This document shows positions 50,149 to 58,846 of a stretch of DNA of 64,000 nucleotides, in pieces. Each line of letters opens with the position of its first letter. Within the stretch, counting starts at the first letter, position 1. A program made the position numbers and the translations under genes. Under the pieces are notes generated by a model. It was not told the DNA's origin, did not search any database, and saw nothing but the letters and a program-made list of their open reading frames with translations. The DNA is from Candidatus Bathyarchaeia archaeon (GTDB lineage Archaea > Thermoproteota > Bathyarchaeia > Bathyarchaeales > Bathycorpusculaceae): assembly GCA_050012255.1 (NCBI GenBank), contig JBEKHN010000007.1, forward strand, positions 45,005 to 109,004, read 5' to 3'.

Positions 50149-51486
50149 TTACTGTTCTTCTAAGAGGCGGAATTCGCTTCGACTTGCCTCCTTGTCGACG
50201 ACGAGCCTGCCGTTCTTGATCACTTTGTCAACCAAGTTCACGCCGAAGCGGTACCCTAGGAACTTGTGGTTTGGCACGTCCAGAACGATTATGTCGGCCT
50301 TCTTGCCGACTTCTAGGCTTCCAATTTCGCCCGCTCTGCAAACAGCGTGTGCAGCGTTGATCGTTGCCGCTGTTATGGCTTCAGCCGGAGTTAACTTCAT
50401 GAAGTGGCAGGCGAAGGCGATGACCAACTGTTGGTTCTCAACCCAGCAGCTTGGGTTGAAATCGGTGCCCAAAGCCACGGGAACGCCTGAGTTGATCATT
50501 TTTCGAGCATCCGCGTAACGACCGCTCATCAGGCTGAAGGCCGCTGCAGGCAGCAAAGTGGCCAAGACTCCTTTCTCAGCCATGGCCTTGATGCCTTTGT
50601 CGGAAGAAAAAAGCATGTGGTCCGCTGAGACCGCTCCGATGCTGGCGGCAAGTTCTGTCCCTCCCAGCAGACTGATCTCGTCAGCGTGCACCCTGGGCTT
50701 CAAGCCTGAGTTCTTGCCCGCCACCAGGACTCGCCTAGCTTGGTCAAGAGTGAAGACTCCTCGTTCGCAAAAAACGTCGCAGAACTCTGCGAGTCCCTTC
50801 CCAGCAACTTTGGGAATCATCTCGCTGATGATCAGACTCACATAGTCTTCTGGGCTGTTTGAAAATTCTGGAGGAACGGCGTGTGCTCCGAGGAAAGTTG
50901 GAACCAAGTCAACCGTGTGCATCTCGTTAAGACGCTGGATGGCCTCCAGTATCTTTAACTCGTCCTTAGTCGTCAGCCCGTAGCCGCTCTTAGCCTCCAC
51001 AGTTGTCGTTCCGTACTCCAACATGGCGTTCAGTGTCTCAGTGCCGTTTTCAACGAGCTTTTCAACGCTTGCCCTCCGCGTCTCTCTGACAGTTTTCAGG
51101 ATGCCGCCGCCCGCGTCGAGGATCTCCATGTAGGGAGCCCCTTCGACCCGCATCTGAAACTCGTCCTCTCTTGAGCCAGCAAAGACAAGGTGAGTGTGTG
51201 GGTCTATGAAGCCTGGCAACACTGTTTTTCCGTTGGCATTCACGACGTTTTCAGCTTTGTAAACCTTTGTGATTTCGGACGTGCTTCCGACTGCGGCAAT
51301 TGTTCCATCCTTAACCGCTAGAGCACCCTTGCGCATTATTCCGAGATCGAGCATCTGTTTGCCGGTGCGTGGTTTTTGGTTGTTTCCTCCAAGTGTAACT
51401 AGCTCGTTAGCGTTTACGATGAGCAAGTCTGCCTTTTCCTTTGCTTTTGACCGAGCGGCTTTATTCAAAGGTACCGCCTTTTTCAA
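50149..51486 (-). CDS. hutI: Imidazolonepropionase
   Basis: PGFIDPHTHLVFAGSREDEF, EAKSGYGL, DVFCE, GTDFNP. Confidence 0.96.
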   Translation of the reverse strand: MKKAVPLNKAARSKAKEKADLLIVNANELVTLGGNNQKPRTGKQMLDLGIMRKGALAVKDGTIAAVGSTSEITKVYKAENVVNANGKTVLPGFIDPHTHLVFAGSREDEFQMRVEGAPYMEILDAGGGILKTVRETRRASVEKLVENGTETLNAMLEYGTTTVEAKSGYGLTTKDELKILEAIQRLNEMHTVDLVPTFLGAHAVPPEFSNSPEDYVSLIISEMIPKVAGKGLAEFCDVFCERGVFTLDQARRVLVAGKNSGLKPRVHADEISLLGGTELAASIGAVSADHMLFSSDKGIKAMAEKGVLATLLPAAAFSLMSGRYADARKMINSGVPVALGTDFNPSCWVENQQLVIAFACHFMKLTPAEAITAATINAAHAVCRAGEIGSLEVGKKADIIVLDVPNHKFLGYRFGVNLVDKVIKNGRLVVDKEASRSEFRLLEEQ

Positions 51487-52378
51487 TGGCGTCTTGGATG
51501 GCTATCTCCAGCACGCGGTCTTCCGTGAGGTTGTCGACTTTCAGGTAGTATCCTGCCACGTCTATGAGGGCTTTCAATGGCGCCATGCCGCAGAATTCTG
51601 AGCCTACTATTGGCACGTTGTAGCGTTCAGCTTCTACCTTGAGTGCTTCGAACACGCGGTAGAGAGGAGTCTTTTCGAAATCGCTTATGCTCATGCCTAT
51701 CTGTGTAATGTTCTTGTCCGGAAGAGACGCGGCCATGGCTTTGACGTTTGTGAACCCTCCCTTGGCTGCGTGCAGGGCTCTCGCGATCTTCTTGGCGACT
51801 GTGAGGTCGGCAGTGCCCAGGTTGACGTTGAAGCCGGCCATAACCCTTCTGGCCCCGGTTATCGTTGCGCCAGCCGTGCGATGCGGTTTTGATGGGCCAT
51901 AGTCGGGTTTGCGCTTAGGCTTGGAAATCATTTCAGAAAGTTTCTCGTAGTCGCCTTCGCGTATCCAATCCAGGTCTCTCTGTTCAGGCTTGGTTGTGGC
52001 CTCGCCGTACAAGTAAACTGGCAAGCCACATTTTTTGGTCAGAGCTTGTCCAAATTCTTTGGCAAGTTCAACACAATCTTCCATAGTCACATTCTTTGAC
52101 GGTATGAACGGGACAACATCAACGGCTCCGATTCTCGGATGCTGGCCCTTGTGTTTTCGCATGTCGATCAGTTCTACGGCTTTGAAGGACATGCTTAGCG
52201 CGGCTTCAAGAACCGATTTTTTATTACCCACGAATGAGACTACTAAGCGATTGTAATGATCGTCATAAGTTTGGTCAAGCAAGAAAGCGTTCTTCGTCTT
52301 CTTGAGTTCAGTGAGAATTGATTTTACTACCTCAGGGTCTGAAGTGCTGAAATTCGGAACACACTCGACAATCTCCAA
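51461..52378 (-). CDS. ftcD: Glutamate formimidoyltransferase
   Basis: ECVPNFS, H.GQHPRIGAVDVVPF. Start TTG 52378 after GGTGA. Confidence 0.92.
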   Translation of the reverse strand: MEIVECVPNFSTSDPEVVKSILTELKKTKNAFLLDQTYDDHYNRLVVSFVGNKKSVLEAALSMSFKAVELIDMRKHKGQHPRIGAVDVVPFIPSKNVTMEDCVELAKEFGQALTKKCGLPVYLYGEATTKPEQRDLDWIREGDYEKLSEMISKPKRKPDYGPSKPHRTAGATITGARRVMAGFNVNLGTADLTVAKKIARALHAAKGGFTNVKAMAASLPDKNITQIGMSISDFEKTPLYRVFEALKVEAERYNVPIVGSEFCGMAPLKALIDVAGYYLKVDNLTEDRVLEIAIQDAIEKGGTFE

Positions 52379-52485
52379 ACGCCATCTCACCAGCTTAAGA
52401 CAACTCGCAACACGAGGTAATAAAAACAACTGGTCGAATAAAGGCATTCTATCCTGATTCAACCTGCCAAAGAAAAAAAGAGGGA

Positions 52486-52689
52486 TTAGGCCTTGCGAAC
52501 GGTGATAGAGCCGTCTGAGTTTTTCTCGATTTCAAGCGGCATGCCCTTCGCGCAGCCTAAATCTTGAAGCCACCGTTTTCGCATGAAAATGAAGCCGTAT
52601 GAGTTTAGGTGGTTGTCCGCGGGAAACTCTTCAGCGATCGCGTCTTTGTGTTCGCCTTTAGCTTCGGACTCGGCTTCCGCGCGCCCTTT
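52486..52689 (-). pseudogene. Start-less AbrB/SymE-like DNA-binding domain fragment
   Basis: Frame reads ...LNSYGFIFMRKRWLQDLGCAKGMPLEIEKNSDGSITVRKA*. No in-frame start for the domain; T-rich tract follows the stop. Confidence 0.55.
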
Positions 52690-53025
52690 CTACAAAACAT
52701 GATGCAAGTAGTGTTGTCATCATAAATAATGGTAGCAAAAAGAATGTTGGAAGCTCTGGCACAACACCGCTCCAATGAATAGTTAGTTAGGGAGAATAGT
52801 CTGTAAAGTAGACTGGGTTTTCCTTAGAATCAAACTAGATAATGTAGCAGAACTATGAAGAGTTGGTTCTTACATAACCATCGTAACCGACTTTGGGTTA
52901 CCATTCAAAGCATTTCTAACAGCATCAACTACACTTCAATTGTACCATTGCCTGCTAACTGCAACAAAGAACCGAGTCCATTGAAGTAGCATCATAACTC
53001 GGCATATTGGAATACGTCAATGATA
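52686..53025 (-). pseudogene. Decayed surface protein C-terminus with PEF-CTERM-like sorting signal
   Basis: Stitched frames: LTYSNMPSY...QWYN*SVVDAVRNAL...FDSKENP...SP*LTIHWSGVVPELPTFFLLPLFMMTTLLA / MFCRK (DNRLRE-like domain end, PE[F/L]P, TM, basic tail). Confidence 0.65.
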
Positions 53026-53213
53026 AGCGCGCGCATCTTCCGTAAGAGAACCTTAGCCTTCTGCAGCTCAGGGATAGATTGTGCATAAGGTAAGAGACGT
53101 TGCAGCTAGTAAGGGCCGAAATTATGTTTCATCGAGTTTAAATAACACTAATGGGCTAGCCATCATTGGTCGAGCAGATCTGTTCCAGGGAAGACGAGGG
53201 AAAGGTTTGGAAA

Positions 53214-54875
53214 ATGAAGAGAGAAGCAGTTGTTAGTTTCGTCTTGGCTGTGTTGTTCTTGGTGTCCGTGTTTCCCTTGAGTACCTTTTCTGGAGCAGCC
53301 GATTCTCATGGCAGCCCCGGACTTCTTGGGTCACAGTCTACCGTAGATCCCACGGACTGGTGGCCGATGTTTCACCACGACCTGACGCACAACGGATATT
53401 CCACGTCAAACGCGCCGAACACAAACCAAACTCTCTGGAACTACACGACCGGCAGCGACGTGGATTGTTCTCCTGCTGTTGCCGGGGGCATCGTCTACGT
53501 GGACTCAGATGACCAAAATGTTTACGCTTTGAACGCCACGACAGGCACACTCATATGGAACTATACGACCGGCGGGATCGTGTTTTCTTCTCCTGCTGTT
53601 GCCGGTGGCATCGTCTACGTGGGCTCATGGGACGGCAATGTTTACGCTTTGAACGCCACGACAGGCGCGCAAGTATGGAACTACGCAACCGGCAATAGGG
53701 TGTGGTCTTCTCCTGCCGTTGCTGGGGGCGTCGTCTACGTGGGCTCAGATAACGGCAAGATTTACGCTTTGAACGCTACGACAGGCGCGCAAGTATGGAA
53801 CTACGCAACCGGCAGCGTTGTGTATTCTTCTCCTGCCGTTGCCGGTGGCGTCGTCTACGTGGGCTCAGGTAACGACAAGGTCTACGCTTTAAACGCCACG
53901 ACAGGCGCGCAAGTATGGAACTACGCAACCGGCAATAGTGTGATTTCTTCTCCTGCCGTTGCTGGTGATGTCCTCTACGTGGGCTCAATGGACGGCAAGG
54001 TCTACGCTTTGAACGCTACGACAGGCGCGCAAGTATGGAACTACACAACCGGCAATAGTGTGTTATGTTCTCCTGCTGTTGCTGGTGATGTCGTCTACGT
54101 GGGCTCATGGGACAACAAGGTCTACGCTTTGAACGCTACGACGGGCACATTCATATGGAACTATACGACCGGCGGGATCGTGTTTTCTTCTCCTGCTGTT
54201 GCCGGTGGCATCGTCTACGTGGGCTCAGATGACAGCAAGATTTACGCTTTGAACGCTACGACAGGCGCGCAAGTATGGAACTATGCAACCGGCGACTATG
54301 TGGTTTCTTCTCCTGCTGTTGCTGAGGGCATCGTCTACGTGGGCTCATATGACGGCAAGATTTACGCTTTTGGTGTTCATGATGTAGCCGTCACCAATGT
54401 TACGCCTTCAAAGACTGTGGTTGGTCAAGGCTTCAGCGCCAGCATAAACGTCACAGTTGCAAATCAAGGCGGCTACACAGAGGCCTTCAACGTTACAGCA
54501 TACGCCAACGTCACAGCTATCCAAACAGAAACTCTCACCCTAACAAGCCAAAGCTCCGCAACCCTAACCTTCACGTGGGACACTACGGGGTTTACTATGG
54601 GAAACTACACATTAAGCGCCTATGCAGAACCCATTCCAAGCGAAGCCAACATGCCGAACAACAACTTCACCTTGGTAGACATTCTGCAGGTCACGATTCC
54701 AGGCGACATCAACGGCAGCGGAATAGTCGACTTCTTCAACGCCGCCAAGCTTTCTGCGGCGTTTAACGCTACGCCAAAAAGTCCGAACTGGAACCCCAAC
54801 GCAGACATAAACAGCGACGGCGTCGTTGACATCTACGACGCCATAATACTCGCAGGCCACTTCAACCAACACTAG
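53214..54875 (+). CDS. Secreted PQQ-like (BamB-type) beta-propeller protein with CARDB-like and dockerin-like C-terminal domains
   Basis: Signal peptide, WPMFHHD..H.G, eight 40-aa repeats, HDVAVTNV, GDINGSGIVD...ADINSDGVVDIYD. Confidence 0.9.
   Translation: MKREAVVSFVLAVLFLVSVFPLSTFSGAADSHGSPGLLGSQSTVDPTDWWPMFHHDLTHNGYSTSNAPNTNQTLWNYTTGSDVDCSPAVAGGIVYVDSDDQNVYALNATTGTLIWNYTTGGIVFSSPAVAGGIVYVGSWDGNVYALNATTGAQVWNYATGNRVWSSPAVAGGVVYVGSDNGKIYALNATTGAQVWNYATGSVVYSSPAVAGGVVYVGSGNDKVYALNATTGAQVWNYATGNSVISSPAVAGDVLYVGSMDGKVYALNATTGAQVWNYTTGNSVLCSPAVAGDVVYVGSWDNKVYALNATTGTFIWNYTTGGIVFSSPAVAGGIVYVGSDDSKIYALNATTGAQVWNYATGDYVVSSPAVAEGIVYVGSYDGKIYAFGVHDVAVTNVTPSKTVVGQGFSASINVTVANQGGYTEAFNVTAYANVTAIQTETLTLTSQSSATLTFTWDTTGFTMGNYTLSAYAEPIPSEANMPNNNFTLVDILQVTIPGDINGSGIVDFFNAAKLSAAFNATPKSPNWNPNADINSDGVVDIYDAIILAGHFNQH
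53436..54370 (+). repeat. Intragenic tandem repeat, 8 x 120 bp
   Basis: TGGAACTA recurs at 53436, 53556, 53676, 53796, 53916, 54036, 54156 and 54276. Confidence 0.95.
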
Positions 54876-55135
54876 TCATAGCCCGCGCTAAACTATGTGT
54901 CATAGAAAGAAGAAAACTTGCGAAAGCGCACGCGCAAAGATCGGAATTTCTGGGTCAGAAGATGTAAGTTACCTCGGCGGCAATAATACTTTGCAAGCCG
55001 AAGTGAAAAACCGATACGAAATCATTGAGGCGGATACGAAAAACCTTAGAAAGGCTTCGAGCATAGTGTAGGCAACGCTTGTTAAGCACGTGCTGAATTG
55101 CTCGTTGCTGGAGCGAAGACAGAGGTGGAGTCAGC

Positions 55136-55567
55136 ATGGATGAAATCTTGGAGATATTAAGAAAAACGGCCTCAAGAACGCAAAAACTGTTCGACGAGAA
55201 CAAAGATGCGTCCTTGAAAAGGATAGAAAGTTACGATGGAACACTCAAGTCTGAGAAAGCGTCTGAAACCCAGAAAGTTCAGGCTTCGCTCATGAAAACG
55301 TTGGAGTACGACCGATTGGAAAGGTGGTCCTCTCAGTTGAGCCTTCTGTATATTCTTCAGATGTTCGCTTTCAAAGTCAAGATTCTGCAAATATCAATCG
55401 CTAAGATCGGAGAGCAGCTTCAGAAATCGGAGCTTATTGAAAAGACCAATGAAATTGAGGATGCTAAGAACGATGTTGAAAAGCTGAAGATACTCTTAGA
55501 AGCTCAGTACGAGTTGATCAGACAGATTGCGGAAGGGCGCAAAGAGGATCTTTTCTACATTTCCTAG
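55136..55567 (+). CDS. Hypothetical coiled-coil protein
   Basis: SD GGTGGAG; helical heptad-like composition. Confidence 0.65.
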   Translation: MDEILEILRKTASRTQKLFDENKDASLKRIESYDGTLKSEKASETQKVQASLMKTLEYDRLERWSSQLSLLYILQMFAFKVKILQISIAKIGEQLQKSELIEKTNEIEDAKNDVEKLKILLEAQYELIRQIAEGRKEDLFYIS

Positions 55568-55618
55568 CCAAGAAGCGCACTCGGGCTTTCAGATTTATAA
55601 GGTCTCAGCCGACTCTCT

Positions 55619-56242
55619 ATGAAGCAGAAGGAAGACGTTTTGCCCTTGGATATGAAGCTTGAAGCTCCGTCTTGGGATCAAATATACAGCATGCTCCTGG
55701 ACTTGGCCGACAGAATAAGAAAGGACGGTTTCAAACCAGACATAATCGTTGGTGTTTCAAGGGGAGGTTGGCCTCCTGCGCGGGTTCTGTCTGACTTGCT
55801 GAGCAACTCGAACTTGGCCAATGTTAGAGCCGAGTTTTATCTTGGCGTTGGGGAGACAAAATGTGAGCCTGCACTGACTCAACCGATATCGGTGGCCGTT
55901 GCTGGAAAGAGAGTGTTGATCGTAGACGAGGTTGCGGACACTGGGAAGACTCTGAAGCTGGTGAAGGAACACATTATCGAGCAAGGCGCCGTAGAAGCGA
56001 GAACAGCTACCGTGTATTGCAAACCGTGGAGCATCGTCAAACCCGACTACTACTCGAAGGAAACAGGTGACTGGATAATCTTCCCGTGGGAAGTGAAGGA
56101 AACGATTCGCAAAATCACCACGAAATGTAGAGAAAATGGGAAACCTGTAGAAGAAGAAGCTGAAAGGCTCAGAAAAGCTGGGATACCAGACCCACTGGTC
56201 AAAAGGTTCCTGAAGGAAATCCTTGAGGAAGAAAGGTGCTGA
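55619..56242 (+). CDS. Purine phosphoribosyltransferase (HGPRT/XGPRT-like)
   Basis: VSRGG, VLIVDEVADTGKTL, WIIFPWE. Confidence 0.9.
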   Translation: MKQKEDVLPLDMKLEAPSWDQIYSMLLDLADRIRKDGFKPDIIVGVSRGGWPPARVLSDLLSNSNLANVRAEFYLGVGETKCEPALTQPISVAVAGKRVLIVDEVADTGKTLKLVKEHIIEQGAVEARTATVYCKPWSIVKPDYYSKETGDWIIFPWEVKETIRKITTKCRENGKPVEEEAERLRKAGIPDPLVKRFLKEILEEERC

Positions 56243-56802
56243 AGCACATCGAAGAGTTCAAAACTTACGCAGAGATAAGCGGTTTCAAAAACGTGAAGAT
56301 CAGTCAAGTCAAAGAATTCTTGGACAAGGTCAGCAAGGAAAAACCAGCGGGTGTCGAGGTTCAATTCTTTGATGCGAGACGCGTTGCGACGTGGCAGCAC
56401 CTGTACTTTGCCGCCTTGAACGCACTTACAGCGTTCAAAAACAAGGAGAACATTTCGAAGAGTCTGGCCATGGAGACTTTGCTGTACGCCGCAGCCGAAC
56501 GGCAGATAACAAGGGCAGTGGAGCTTGTTGGAATCGGAGCGACCTCGTCGGATGTGGCAGTGTTGATAATTGGAAAAAAACCTCGTAAAATGGAGTCGGC
56601 CCTCTCAATGGTTTCGAAGAACATCGGCGGTCAACGTGACGAGAAAGTTCTTGAACTGTCGAAAGACAAAGTGACAACGATTCAAACGGTCTTCGATATT
56701 TCGGAGGCAGAGCTCAGAACAGTCATGGAAAAGAATGATGTGGAAAAAGCCATGACCGACCTCGTCGTTGAGAGGATGGCCTTGTTGGCCACTCAGCGTT
56801 AG
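56236..56802 (+). CDS. cgi121: KEOPS complex subunit Cgi121
   Basis: HL.FA..NA...NISKSLAMETLLYAAAERQI..A...G, LVVERMALL. Confidence 0.88.
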   Translation: MLKHIEEFKTYAEISGFKNVKISQVKEFLDKVSKEKPAGVEVQFFDARRVATWQHLYFAALNALTAFKNKENISKSLAMETLLYAAAERQITRAVELVGIGATSSDVAVLIIGKKPRKMESALSMVSKNIGGQRDEKVLELSKDKVTTIQTVFDISEAELRTVMEKNDVEKAMTDLVVERMALLATQR

Positions 56803-56803
56803 G

Positions 56804-57328
56804 CTAGAGCACTTTCTCCTTCAGGACAGACAGGATCTCATCCGGTTTTGCTATTGACACTCCTGTCAGCCCACCCACAACCTCGACCAGCAGGATCTTG
56901 TCAGGCTTTGTCAAGTTCACTTTTCTTTTGATAACCGCGGCAGCTGCCTCGATTATGTCTCTGGAATGTATTTCTGTGAAACGCTTCTCAACCCTAACTC
57001 TGAAAGTCTCGCCCTCAGCTACTTTCGGACCAAGTTCTTTGGCGGCGTCTTGAATTTGCTCCAAACTGGTGTGCACAACCTTTTCTATGGGAATCACTCT
57101 CAGCATGTAGCGAAACTCGTACGGGCGCTCTTGAAGAATTTCGCGAAATTTTCTTATCGCTTCATACGGGTTGAGGGCTGTTTTGGCGACGATCAACCCT
57201 GAAACACCTGTTCTGTCAACAGCCGCGGTTTTGTCACCTATCTGTTCAAGCAGGTAGCGCAACTCAGAACGGGCGTGGCCCTCGTCTCTGCGGTAGGTTG
57301 TCGCCAGAAGGTTAAATTCTTTGAGCAC
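56804..57328 (-). CDS. THUMP domain protein
   Basis: RVIPIEKVV, TFRVRVEKR, VNLTKPDKILLVEV. Probable GTG start 57328. Confidence 0.88.
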   Translation of the reverse strand: MLKEFNLLATTYRRDEGHARSELRYLLEQIGDKTAAVDRTGVSGLIVAKTALNPYEAIRKFREILQERPYEFRYMLRVIPIEKVVHTSLEQIQDAAKELGPKVAEGETFRVRVEKRFTEIHSRDIIEAAAAVIKRKVNLTKPDKILLVEVVGGLTGVSIAKPDEILSVLKEKVL

Positions 57329-57555
57329 GGTTTGCACCACTGCCTCAGTTGTTTCGCAGAAATTTAACCGTTTCAAGTTGATGTGTGGTCAGTTCGGTAA
57401 ATGGCTTTTTCATTGCCAGAGGCTCCTAGCCGTCGCCTCACATCATCCCAACAGTAATGTTCAACGTCAGCGATTTAATCATTTTGACGGCTTGCAGCAT
57501 TAGGCTTAAATTCTGATCGATTAGGTCAACTATTCAAGCCTAAGGGGGAAAGAAG

Positions 57556-58527
57556 ATGAACAGAGTGCTGAAACCAATAATGGTTGTTCACGGCGGCGCT
57601 GGGCACTGGCAGCCCGAGCGCAGCCAGCCTGGCATTGTCGGAGTTAAGAAGGCTGCTATTGCTGGCTATGACGTTTTGAAGAACGGCGGAGAAGCAGTTG
57701 ACAGTGTGATGGAAGCGGTTGCCGCTATGGAAGACCATGGAATATTCAACGCGGGCTACGGTTCAAGCCTTAACATTGACAGGCAGGTTGAGATGGAAGC
57801 ATCGATCATGGATGGGAAAACACTCCAGGCTGGGGCTGCTGGACTCTTGCGAGACATCAAGAACCCAGTGCGTTTAGCAAGAATAGTCATGGAAGACACT
57901 GATCACGTGTTCGTTGTGGGTGAAGGAGCGGAGAAGCTTGCCAAGCTACACAACCTTCCCAGAAGAAACCCTGTGACTGAGCTCAGGCTGAGGTATTACG
58001 AGGAGCAGAAGAAAGCCCTGCTCGAAGGGAGGTTTGAGCTTCCAAGACTTGCTGAGTTGGTCAAGAAGCATCCGGAACTGTTTTGCCTCGAAACTGTGGG
58101 GGCAGTCGCCTTGGACAAAGACGGAAACGTGGCAGCAGCAACCTCCACAGGAGGTTTTCCGCTGAAGCTGCCTGGAAGAATAGGCGATTCTCCGATAATC
58201 GGATGCGGCACTTACGCGGACAACCAAGCAGGCGCCTGTTCAGCCACAGGTGTCGGTGAAATAGCGATGCGGCTTGTTCTGGCGAAGACTGTTTGCAACC
58301 ACATGGAAGGTGGAAAGTCGGGGCAGGAAGCCGTTGAGCTGGCGATAAAGCTGGTGAACAAAAGACTACCAGCGGGATACAATGCCATGGGGCTGGCTGC
58401 TATCGACATGCAGGGAAGATTTGGAGCGGCGCACAACTCACCGAACATGTGTTGGGCTTATTTAACGCCGGAAGTCAAGGAGCCTGTAGCCTCTTTGACG
58501 GGGAGAATCGTGAAAGAAACTCTCTGA
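57556..58527 (+). CDS. Isoaspartyl peptidase / plant-type L-asparaginase (Ntn hydrolase)
   Basis: VHGGAG, FNAGYGS, nucleophile TVGAVA, TSTGG, GRIGDSP. Confidence 0.92.
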   Translation: MNRVLKPIMVVHGGAGHWQPERSQPGIVGVKKAAIAGYDVLKNGGEAVDSVMEAVAAMEDHGIFNAGYGSSLNIDRQVEMEASIMDGKTLQAGAAGLLRDIKNPVRLARIVMEDTDHVFVVGEGAEKLAKLHNLPRRNPVTELRLRYYEEQKKALLEGRFELPRLAELVKKHPELFCLETVGAVALDKDGNVAAATSTGGFPLKLPGRIGDSPIIGCGTYADNQAGACSATGVGEIAMRLVLAKTVCNHMEGGKSGQEAVELAIKLVNKRLPAGYNAMGLAAIDMQGRFGAAHNSPNMCWAYLTPEVKEPVASLTGRIVKETL

Positions 58528-58644
58528 AAAAGCTGAGCGAAACATATCCTCAGGCTCTGTTCTCGACAACTGACGAATGATAATCCTTAAAGATTTCTAA
58601 GCTGCTCTCACTCTACCCATCTAAATGTTGTGGAGGTGAAAAAA

Positions 58645-58719
58645 GTGGTGTTTGAAGAAGACTGGGAAGAAGAGGAAGACTTGGAAGAAGACGAGGACTG
58701 GGAAGAAGAAGAGTGGTAA
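58645..58719 (+). CDS. 24-aa hyperacidic micropeptide
   Basis: GGAGGTGA SD 5 nt before GTG; MVFEEDWEEEEDLEEDEDWEEEEW*; T-rich tract downstream. Confidence 0.65.
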   Translation: MVFEEDWEEEEDLEEDEDWEEEEW

Positions 58720-58846
58720 GGATGAGTAAGCAGTAGGCACTCTTGTGCTTTTTCTTTCACCTTGAAGGGCGCGACAATTTCCTTTACTGCTTTTAAGGTT
58801 CACATTTATAAACCACTAGCGGCGAGCCTTCACTAGCGGGTCGACC

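Noticed and set aside
53436-54370. CRISPR array or DGR template/variable repeat
   Set aside because: Repeats are in-frame 40-aa blades with no unique spacers; no cas or reverse transcriptase gene; variation is not adenine-specific.
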